A DNA stretch of 64,000 nt from Paraspadella gotoi (taxonomy: Eukaryota; Animalia; Chaetognatha): contig CM119264.1 of the NCBI GenBank assembly GCA_051294375.1, forward strand, positions 14,167,323-14,231,322. The letters run 5' to 3'. Positions 53,417 through 64,000 of the stretch are shown in pieces. Every line of letters begins with the position of its first letter. Positions within the stretch are counted from its first letter, which is position 1. The notes beneath the pieces are model-generated. The model worked only from the letters and a program-made list of their open reading frames with translations, was not told where the DNA came from and did not search any database. The position numbers and the translations under genes were made by a program.

Positions 53417-53684
53417 GTGTGCAAGCCATTAGTTGAGTCGCGGGGAGAGATTTTGGGAGTCTTTTGAGCAGGCGGAAGATACAGGGTAAGTCTACTATAT
53501 ATTATGTGGTAGGGCTAGCTTTCGGGATGCGGGAAGAGACAGGTTGAGTCTTATGAACGAGGGGAAGCGACAGGGTAAGACGACGCGTGTCTTTTCTCCG
53601 TTTCCGCCTCCGAGGCGATTCGCAATCGGTTTTAGTGCCATTCGCGCCTCATAAAACGTTGGCTCCCTCTCTCGCCGTTTTCGG

Positions 53685-54157
53685 TCGACGTCGTCGTCGT
53701 CGTCATCGTCGTCTTTTTCCCCATCGACTTTTTCGTCACCGCGGGCGATGTTTTCGTCACCGACCTTTTTTCGTCACGGTCGTCCTCGTCTTCGTCGTTT
53801 TCGTCGTCTTCGTCGTTTTCATCGTTTTCGTCGTTTTTGTCGTCTTTGTCGTCTTCGTTGTTTTCGTCGTCTTCGTCGTTTTCATCGTTTTCGTGTTTTC
53901 GCGTCTTCGCGTCTTCATCTTTTTTGTCAGTTTTCGTCGTCTTCGTCGTCTTTGTCGTCTTCATCTTTTTCGTCGTCTTCGTCGTCATCGTCGTTTTCGT
54001 CGTCTCTTTTTTTCTTCATTTCTGACGTCATCAGTGTCTATCGGGGTCACAGTGATCGTCGTTATATTCGTCGTCGTCTTTGATTAATTTCAATTCTCGA
54101 TCTCATCGTCGCCGTCCTCTTCACGAACGTCGTCGTCGTCGTCCTCGTCGTCGTCGA
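53685..54157. repeat. Degenerate 9-bp-period minisatellite (TCGTCGTTT/TCGTCGTCT) derived from (TCG)n
   Basis: Read directly. It generates the VVF/DEN/TKT ORFs in the track. Confidence 0.85.
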
Positions 54158-55819
54158 ACCTGGAATTTCTTAGAAATGACTGGGCGGAACCGGAAAGAAA
54201 ACAACTCGAAACGAAGGAATGGAAAGGAAATTTAAAAGACTGAAAACGTCGGAAACCGAAAAAATGATTCAGAGTCGAAGTTTTTAGAGAGTCTAACCAC
54301 GCCCCCCTTCCCCTCGCCCCCCTTCCCCTCGCCCTCTTTCGAACCGCCGTAAATGTTTTTTATAAATGATCAGAGGCTGAGGAAAAGGAAAGGAGATGTG
54401 AGAGAGGATTTCGGCATAGGGGTAAAGAGGGTTGGGGAGATTGGGGGGAAACAATTTAGAGGGAGTGCGGGAGGGAAGGAAAGGGCTGTGGTTCGTTGTA
54501 GACTGTCTTGGAAAAAAAACCAAGACTTTAATAGTTGAGTAGTAGTTTTAAATTAGTACATTATCAATCAATCTTTTGTTCGGCTCGTCGAAGATTTTCG
54601 AGAGGCGCGGATGTTTGTTTGCGGTAGAGTTTCACTGGATAAAATATAAAGCCCAAGGGTGCATTTCGGCATACGAACACATTGGGCGGCGCGGGGTGGC
54701 GCAGTTTGGCGCGGTGTGGCATGGGTGTGGCGAGGTGGCCCCCTCATTCTCCGAACAATGGTCCATTTCCTCTTTCGTCGGCGGCGGCTCTGGGAATTGA
54801 TGGGGTAAACGGACAAGGCGACGCATGAGGCAGTTTGCGCGAGAGGCAGGTGATAATGTTCGATAATAACCTCGTCTCTGTGGACGCATATAAATATGGA
54901 ATAATTCCTAGTGCGCATATAAATAATATACAATCATAGCCCGTGCTCTCTTTATAAATATTAGAGAATTTTGTTCCGCTTATTATCAATGCGAAATGTG
55001 TCTGTACTGTTTTTCAGTTGGTTTGCTTCTGTGATCCGTTATTGATTATCATTTGCAGGTGGCCTCTCCGAGAGAAATTTTTTCGCAATTTGCGAATAAA
55101 TTTCAGTGCATTTTTAAACTTTCATATAGGTCGTTAACTTTAAATCGGTCTATTCTGTACAGGGTTGTGGAGCTGGCCATTTTTTTCTCCAGCTCCAGCT
55201 CCAACTCCAGCTCGGCCAAAAATTTTTTCAGCTCCAGCTCCAACTCCGGCTCCATCCTAAAATTTATTTTCCAGCTCCGACTCCAGCTCCAGCTCCACTA
55301 AAAATTTTGAGACAGCTCCAGCTCCCGCTCCGGCTCCCAGCTCCGACCCTTTAAAGTTTAATGATTAATGTTGCTTATATTTAAATTAGACCTAATTTTA
55401 TTAATTTACTTATTTATAACTTATTTATTTGCTTATATTTAAATAAATAATAATTTAATTAATTCATGTATGAAATCATTTGATAATTCATTTATTAATA
55501 ATAATTATGTCTTTTTTAATATTTTTCGTATGAGAACACGATTTGTTACTTAAATGTAGACAAGGAGTATAAGAGAGTATACGAGAGTAAGAGATAAACA
55601 TTTACTCCCCACATAATTAATAGTTTTATTTACTTTATTTACTTTTATATAAAATAACATTTATCTAAAATTTTACTTTTACATTTTAAAATATTTTGAT
55701 TATTTATCAGGATTTTACAATCTAGTTTAAGGCTCAGTATTTCATGAGTTATGCTGCATTGAATTCTGTGTCATGTGATCACCTTTTAAGGTGATCATGA
55801 AAAGTAGGATACTTATGCA

Positions 55820-56160
55820 CGCTTAAGGTCTTTACCTTAACTTACCTTACCAACTGACCCACCGACCCGACATAAAAGGCGGCTACAGTTAGAGGAAGGG
55901 TAAGGTCTCACTCCCAATGCCAAGGAACCAAGGACAAACTTTAGCCCGCCTTGTCTTAAGGCAAGAAGAGGGCAGCCGGCAGACATATCAGGTCAGATGA
56001 AGTACCCCAAGGCATTTTTCCAAAGAGGATCTTTGCCCGACCCTAATATGACGAGGTCCATAAAGTCTGGGAACTCAAGAATCCAAATGACCTATGACAT
56101 GCCAATGACCCAGTCACATCGTCACTGCTTTCCTTTGTCCAGAAGCGGGGGGCCAGCTCT
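55820..56160 (-). mobile_element. 3' end fragment of an RTE-like LINE nested in the hAT element
   Basis: The minus strand shows frameshifted remnants resembling the RTE ORF C-terminus (GHVIR-like TTGGCATGTCATAGG, GRxK, QDR-like), then a short 3' UTR and a (TAAGG/TAAGT)n-type tail at ~55824-55848. Confidence 0.5.
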
Positions 56161-56724
56161 TTCTTCTCTTATTTTTTTACTAACTCTCCTCTCTTTAATG
56201 TAGTTTATTGTTACTTTTACAATTTATTATTTAAAATGATAATGTTTGCAAACTTAAATTGTTAATATATATTAACTTATCTCAACAATCTTTCTTTCAA
56301 TATCCCTCACTTTTTAGTCTTTAAACCTCCCACTGTCTTTTTCTTATTTTTTTTTTGGAAACCTCGATCTCTCTCCCTCTTTCACGTTTCACACACCGCA
56401 AACCTTTTTACTTTGTCAAAAAATTTTCACAAATGATTTATTTAATTTTTTGCGCTAATGAAGACTACATCTAAAGTTTAAAAACTTTCCTTTTTCTCCT
56501 TTTTAAAATAAAATTGTTGCATAAACAAAACAAGATCGGTCCATCCAATGTTTTGCGCCGCAGTGACTTTCTTTTCATGTGTATTTTCATGTGATCACAT
56601 GATTTAGAAAATTATTTAAAAAAAAGTTTTAATGGTTGATCACTACTGTGCAAAGTTTTCATTACAAACAACCAGACATTACAAGAAATATACTGAGTTC
56701 GGGGTTCCAGCCTACACTATATGA

Positions 56725-58202
56725 CAGTATGTGTCAACTGACTACACAAGTATGAAACAACATGCACAAGAAGCATTTAGTAATGACTTGCCAGTCTGCA
56801 GTATTACCCTAAAATAACTTTCTTAGCCTGTGTATTTATGGCATGCAATATATTTATAAGTATTGTCTTTATAAAATAAGAAATTTTCAAAATAAATTTT
56901 CTTTTAATTTTTTATTAATGTTTCAGAGTTTTTTGTAAAAAATTAGACCAAAAATAATAAACGTTATCATAAATTTTTTTTGTATTCAGTGTCAAAACTT
57001 TTTAACTCTCTGAAGTAGTAACTAGTAACTACAGTGTGTCCCAATGGTACTGTCGGTTAACTTTTACATATTGTGCGGAACTTTGTTATTCAATTTTATT
57101 TCTGAGATTAACAATGTCAAAGATAAGTTCTTACCATTATATATACTATATTTCGAATTAAAATTTTTATGAAATTTTCTTTGAAGAACATTCAATTTAA
57201 ATGAGTAATCATTTCTCACTTTTTTAATTTTTTAGCTAACTTTTTTTACTTTAAATAAATTTTATTAAAAAAAATTATGTAAAAAATATTTTGAATAGAT
57301 ATAAATTATTTAAATTTTAATTTGTATAAAATAAGTTGCATTAATAAAAAGAAATAAACAAATATTAAAAACAATATAAAAATTTATCAAAATATTCTAA
57401 TTAATTTGATAAATTTTTTTATTTGAAGTTGTGAACGATTGAATCATAAAGCAGAACAAAATGATTGCTATTTATTCAATAAATTATTAATAAATCATTA
57501 AAAAAGTAATATGAACAAGGTAAGTAAATAATTTTAAAAATTAATGATTATTGCATTAAAAGCTCTGGAGCTAAAAATTATAAAGTTGTTTTTTACTGTC
57601 CTGCATCTAAAGAAAGATTTAAAACATTATTTAATCAATATATAAAAAATATTTTTGATAAATAATAAAAAATATATAAAATTTGGGGTATTCCTATAAA
57701 ATGGTCCATAATAAGCCAATGGATTTGCTCACGCACTTTTGGCATACAGCTGGTTGCCTGTGATACCCATTGGGATGGGGCATTCTCAGCTGTTGCTTTG
57801 GGGGCTTCCGACCCTCAGTGACGCCTCCAGGTCACTGGTGCGGTTACCCAAGGACGGTCTCGCTTTGCCAACGCAGAGGGAAGTCGTTAGTACTGGTGAT
57901 TGGAACTCTACGCCTGGGATGGCTGAACGATGATGGACGTGAGGCGATGGAATATACCGCCACAATACAACATATTTTATAAAAGTTTTTTTTAAAATTT
58001 TTTCTGACAAATCCGAAATTTTTAAAAAAATCAATTTTAAATTTTATGAAATTTATAAGGATATTACTATAAAAGAAAATACAATTTGATATACTGTTAT
58101 GCTAAAGATTTTTTTAAAAAATGCATGATTTTTTAAATTACATAAAAAAAAGCAACAAAAATATTGTTAAACATCGCTTAATCTTTTCATCACTCCACAC
58201 TA
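56725..58202. mobile_element. Older, longer relative of the 52749-53416 hAT MITE nested in the 4.3 kb hAT element
   Basis: 56846-56975 aligns by eye to ~52879-53010, and 57970-58202 aligns to ~53178-53416, including the terminus CATCACTCCACACTA. The 5' end and TSD are decayed, so the start is approximate. Confidence 0.7.
57683..57964. mobile_element. GC-rich ~280 bp insertion, possibly a solo LTR, interrupting the nested MITE
   Basis: Abrupt GC-rich island absent from the 52749-53416 copy. It ends CCGCCACA like the other LTRs here, with a loosely inverted start (GGTATTCC vs GGAATATACC). No clear TSD. Confidence 0.45.
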
Positions 58203-60196
58203 CTATACATGATCCAAAAACATTAAGTTTCACTGTGACACTATAAAATAATCAGTTTCTAGCAGCATATAAAATGACGTAATGACATTAACGATGTCCG
58301 TGACCTTATAAAATATTTCAAAGACATACAGCACAGAGAATGACGGTATAATGATATTGACACTATAAATTAATAAAAATTATCGCAATAATGATGACCG
58401 TGACCCATAAAAAATGTTATTGCTATGCTATACTATAATGATATATAGCACAAAAAAGAGTTATTGACTTGATGTTGACCGTGATTGCAACAAAAATAAA
58501 CCAAACCAAACATAATAAGTACTGAAAAAGACATACTAACATACTAACATAAAATGACATATGAATCTAAAGGACAAATGATTAAAAAATGATAAGTATG
58601 ACTTTGGTAAATTGACTAAACGTAAAAAAGACGTAAAAACCAATCACCAATGACCAATAACCATGACATAAATTTGACGTAAAGTTTAATAAACTGAAAG
58701 TGTCTTGAATTTAAAGTAAACTAAAAGTGAAGCGAATATATTATAAATAAACTAAAAGGTGTAATAAATAAGTGGCATAAATAAGTAATATAATTTAGAT
58801 AAATAACCTAAAATTATGCACTTGTCTTTAAAATACGTTAATGTTAAATGTATAGGTTAGAGTTATAAGGTGTAAGGTTAGGATTAGTGCCTAAGTTATA
58901 TAATAAATAATAATAAACGAAAGTAATAACAATTTTGAAAATAATGTTATGTTACACTTAAAGACTTTTCTTATTTAAGTTTACGAATTTGTTAACTAAG
59001 CTTATATTTGTCACCAAATTTAAATCTACATTATTATTTTACGTATACTTATTTAATATAATTGTAAATGTGTCACTATGAAGCAATTAAAAGGCTTAAT
59101 TTTAAAGGAAAAAATATTTTTACCAAGTCACGGCTTAACATTTAGATTATGCAAATTATAATTTGGATTTGATTTCAAAATCTATAACTGAACAACAAGA
59201 GACAACGTTTTAATAATAAGCTTTTTTTCTTCTGAAAAAATTAAAATATTATTTTTCATTTTTATAAATTTTATTATTTCCAAAAATTTTCTTGGAGCTG
59301 GAGTTGGACCTTTTTTTTGCCCGCTCCGACTCCAGCTCCAGCTCCGGCCAAGATAAAATCTCAGCTCCAGCTCCAGCTCCCGCCTCCGGTAAGAAAATAA
59401 ATTCAGCTCCAGCTCCAGCTCCAGCTCCGGCCAAATATGCCAGCTCCGGCAGCTCCGACTCCAGCTCCAGCTCCACATCCTGATTCTGTACAAACAAAAA
59501 AGTATTAAATCAAACAATTATTTTACTGTAAAAATGGCTGCCCCAAAGATTTTTTCATCTTTATTTTCTTCGTTTTAATGTGTCAACGCCAGTATCGTCA
59601 TCGAGCGGAGAGAGATCACCTTTTAAACACACACACTCTCTCTCTCACTCTCTCACTCTCTCCACTCTCTCACTCTCCTCACTCTCTCACTCTCTCTTCT
59701 TACTTCGGTCAAACTCATTAACGATGTTTGATTAGAGCTTAGATGATTATTTCTTTGGTTGATTTCTCTAAATTCTTTTCAATGTTCAAATTATTTAAAT
59801 ATATGATCTCATTCTGGTTTTAAATATTTCTATTTATTTTATATTTATATTTATATATTTCCATTTTATTACGTGTCAGCTAAAATTAGATTTGATAGGT
59901 ACATTCAAAAATAATGTACGTACTTTCTCTTCGGACGGAGATTTGTTTTTATTTGATTAATATCCGTGTAAAAGCTGAACTCCAAAGTGAAGCCAAGAAT
60001 CTTGGCAAGATTCAGAAAACTGAATCGAATAATACTTCGATGCAATGGCTTTTGTTTATGAATCGTGTTCAATAAAAATCTCCAGATCGTCGTTGGCCTC
60101 TGGCTAGATTTGCTTGCGAGATTTGCTTCGCTTGTATTCACGCTTTTTTTTAACTCATTGGTAGAAAGGAGGTGAGTTTTCAAAGCAGAGAGAGCA

Positions 60197-60288
<92 letters not shown>

Positions 60289-61870
60289 ACTAAAAAGTCT
60301 ACGCAAGAAAAACAAAAAGGTAAGAAATAAAAAATGAAAAAGTGAAAAGGTGAACTGGCGAAGCAGACGAAAAGATTTTGATAAAAATATGTCGACTCAA
60401 AAAATTTCGAGGACAGAGAAGAAGAAGAAAAATAAGAGAGGGAGTTAGAAGCGAGAGACATGATAAAAGAATCTAGTCGGCCTTTCCAGAATGCCAAAAG
60501 GAAAGATAAGTTTAATATTATCTCGAGTCTATCGTTGTAAGAAGAATTAATGTCCTTTATAGTAAGAGGAATTATTGTCATTACCTTTTGGTATAACGAT
60601 GATGTCGAGAGATATACGTAAAATAAGGCGAACTGTACATAGATGATGAGAAATAACTTCAATTCATTTCCATCTCGACACTAAAACACAAGAACGTCTC
60701 AGACTTTATCTTTCACAACTCCATTTTCGAGGTAAAGAATCTCACAAACTCGCATCGAGAATCCGGTGAACTCTCTCGCTCGTAAAGGGCGGATCCCGTG
60801 AACTCTCAGAGTGAAGCCGTGACGTCAGCGAAGGGAAAAAATATTCACAATAAAAGACTCGAAACGGTGAATCGGAATTCCCGTGATTGGCACATTCGCT
60901 CGACGGGAAGAAGGCAGGAAAGAGGGCAAGCGAGTCCGAATCGGGGTTATCCGCCCAATCTGGCAGAGGGCAGAGGAGAAAATGAAGAGGAGAGAGCCGA
61001 TAAGGAGGCCGGCAACTGACTTAAAAAACCGGGAAACTGACAAAATAAAAAGGTGGCAACTGACGTACGTGGATCCGGCGACTGAGAGAAAAGACCATCG
61101 CTTTAAAAAAACACAAGCCGACTGATAAATGAAATGGAATAAATAGCTGGTACTTAAAAAAAACTTAACCCTTTGAGTGTTAATAGTTTGTCATTATTTT
61201 CAGTCATAGTCTGAATTAGAAGGCATAAGTGAAATTAGGTTCCGCTTCGAGGTATATAGCGAAGGGGAATTGATGGAGGAAAGGCCGACGAATACGCAGG
61301 TCAAGAATCTTTTTCCCTTCGAGCGGAAAATCAGTGAATTAGAGGAAGAGAAGAAGGAAGAGAGAAAGAAAGAGAAAAAGATATCACGAGGGCCGAAAGG
61401 AAAAAAGGATCAGGGTGAGGTCAAACAACTTACTCCAGTCCCGTTCCCGTCAAGTTATAGAAAATAGAACAGGCGGTTTTAACAGCGAGAATGAGAATGA
61501 AAAGATTCTGGATCTATTAGAGTAAAGGCGAGTACGTTTACTTATATTAGCAACAACAACAACAAAACAAAATCGGGAACTGGAGATAACTGTAAAAAAA
61601 TTAAGAAGGCGGATTCTAAAAAATTGTCAGTTTTGAATTTGAAAACGTTAAAAACTTCGCTTTTTCGCTTTTCAGATTTTTATTTCATTTTTATATTTGT
61701 TTTTTTCGATTTGAATTTTTGGCGGCAAAAGCTTCGTTCATGACGCGATGAGTCGCAGAAGGAAACAAAAGGAAAACAATGAAGGAAGAGCAGATAAAAG
61801 GAAGGAAATAGGAGAATTTAAGGTAAATATGAAAAGAGAGATAATAATAAAGAAAGAAAGGAGAGAGAGC

Positions 61871-61955
<85 letters not shown>

Positions 61956-62991
61956 TGCAAAAACCTGGTCCATCTATCCGAAATCTGGTCGCAAACTCAA
62001 ACCTAAAGGAGAAACAAAAGCAGAGAAATCAAAGCGGAATCGCAAAGAGGAGATGGAAGAAGAAAAGTGGGGGTTAAGAAGAAGAAAGATTGGAGTGTTT
62101 GAGTTGAGATAGGTAACGGGGAGTAAATAGAGAGGTCGGCGGGAAACAAGGGATGAAGAAAAGGGCAAGAAAGAAAGAATGTTGATGAAGATATTCGTGT
62201 GTTAAAGAGAAAAAGATTTGAAACGAGTGTGAAGGTGTTTTCTCCTTACACGCCGCCGCGGAGTCGCGCGTTCTAAGACGTTGGCCCGTTCCTTGTAGAG
62301 TGAGAAGGATCTTTTTCGGACATGAATCCTTGAATCTTTGCTCAATATCGAGTCGAATTCTGATGAATATTAAGTTATTAAAAGTCCCTTGAAAGTCTAA
62401 TCAGAACGGATACACGATTTTAATTGAGTCCAACGTAAAACTAAAAACGTTGTTTCTCTCTTTGTGTAAAATTTTGAGGTGACCGAACAAAGATATCGAC
62501 GCGACAGGTCAAATAACGACTCAGAAGAGACCAAAAACGGAACGAGAGCGAGAGAGAGAAAAAGAGGTTAAAATGTAGAGGCGTGGCATAAATATTTCAC
62601 AACGGGGAAAACAGTCCAAATGAGTTTTGAGAATTGGCATCAAGAATTGGAAATTAAAAAAAAATCGGAAAAAAATCAATGAGATTAGATAAGAGTCATT
62701 CCTCACCGAATGTGCGGCGGGAAAGGTAGGGAGAGGGGAGATTCAATTTCCCTTTTAGGATGAAAAAATCGGGAGGGAAGGTCGTAGACGAGAAGGACGT
62801 CGACGGTGGCGGGGGCGGCGGGCGGGGCGGCGGGCCCGGCGGGTCTCGATCGTAAAAAATAATTCCTTTCTCTTGATTTTATTTAAAAAAGAAAAAAAAA
62901 ATAATCCCATAAAAGGTGCGGTAATAATCGATTTGGGACACCGGAGAGGGACGGCAACAAAGATTGAGAGGTGAGAGAGAGAGAGGAAGAG

Positions 62992-63032
<41 letters not shown>

Positions 63033-64000
63033 AGAGGGTGGTAAAAGGTAAAAAAAAAACATGGATTGAGATTGAGAGGGAGAGAGAGCAAAGGAAGGAG
63101 AGGAGTAGAGAGGAGAGAAGAGAGAGAGGAGAGAGAGAGGAGAGAGAGAGAGAGAGAGAATGGAAAGGGTGTCAAAAGAAAGAAAACATGGGATATGAGT
63201 TGGAGGGGAACGCATGAAGAAAAGAAGAGTCGAAGAGAGAGAGAGAGGAGAGAAAAAGAAATGAAAATCAAAAAACTGCTTGGAGGCATTAAGATGAAAG
63301 AAAGAGTTGAGGAAGAAGGTCAACGGTAGGGAAAAGAAAAAAAAAAGAAAGAAAAAGGAAAGAAATAAAAAAAAATAAAGAGAAACAGAAAAGAAAAGAA
63401 AAAGAAAAGAAAGAGAACAGAAAAGAAAAGGAAAAAGAAATAAAAAGAGAGTAGAAAAAAAAAGAGAAAAAAAGCGGAGAAGCGATAAAAGTGAATTACA
63501 AAGCCGAGCGGAAGGCCGAAAGCAAAGACGAAGAAATTAAGAAACACGGAGGCGGCGGGGGGGGGGGGGGGGGGGGAGAAGGCGGGCGGACGGACGCGGA
63601 AGTCGGAAGTTTTGACGCACTGACGCAACGAGGTGGCGGAAAAAAAAATAGAGAAAAAGTTTGCGATATTGAAAAATAAATGTTACAATTAAAAGAGAAC
63701 ATTAGAGTATGAACCGGAATTTGAAGGAACATATCGAGGATACAATTTTGTTGGTGCCATTTCGATTTTATTTTAAACAAAGATTTCGATAGAAACTATT
63801 TTTGTTCCTCAATTGTTTTTCGCTTTGTTTGAAACAATAACAAAAAAAAAAAAAAAAAAAAAAAAACAGACAAAAACCCCGAGGCCCATGCGCTGAGTCT
63901 TCGAATCGGCGTTAGACTCCTAACAAATGTCGCGCGACTTGGAAATTGGCGACGGAAGACCTTCGGAAGAGCAATTCGGTGGAGGAGAAATCTCGTCTCT

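Larger units (their letters stand above)
55160..59482. mobile_element. Non-autonomous hAT element (4323 bp) with (CCAGCT)n subterminal arrays and nested insertions
   Basis: TIRs CAGGGTTGTGGAGCTGG and CCAGCTCCACATCCTG (imperfect). Perfect 8-bp TSD ATTCTGTA (55152-55159 and 59483-59490). Hexamer arrays at 55187-55347 and 59323-59476. No transposase ORF. Confidence 0.92.

Noticed and set aside
53587-54160. Acidic or hydrophobic ORFs (166, 118 and 111 aa) resembling the exon 1 low-complexity region
   Set aside because: Explained by a 9-bp minisatellite; frames close on both sides and no convincing splice pair was found.
55187-59476. (CCAGCT)n arrays as CRISPR-like repeats or ELEL/APAP/WSWS proteins
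   Set aside because: Hexamer tandem arrays without unique spacers, located subterminally in a hAT element.

Overview
Eukaryotic, AT-rich genomic DNA saturated with (AG/CT)n and (GAC/GTC)n microsatellites. The composition suggests an arthropod, plausibly a malacostracan crustacean (inference only). Almost all ORFs in the track are microsatellite artefacts. One real gene can be reconstructed on the + strand: an immunoglobulin-superfamily cell-surface protein. Its large first coding exon (acceptor at 12040, ATG 12476, donor after 14465) splices in frame to 18071-18192 and 18291-18357, completing an Ig domain (FSC..W..YSLMIKSVNVEDSGTYKC). A phase-compatible candidate next exon starts at 34032; no later exons could be identified with confidence. 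The rest is probable intronic or intergenic DNA with many transposon relics: a Helentron/DINE-1-type HINE, two TTAA-flanked MITEs, a 5' LTR with a tRNA-Trp-like PBS, a solo LTR, a small hAT MITE, a 4.3 kb hAT element with nested insertions, and garbled Penelope-like RT/GIY-YIG fragments. The 27.9-30.8 kb fold-back and the 37.6-52.3 kb duplication, joined by 25-N spacers, look like long-read gap-filling artefacts. I found no convincing new biological system. The best leads are the microsatellite-built, probably furin-cleaved acidic pro-region of the Ig protein and an LTR positioned as a possible alternative promoter.
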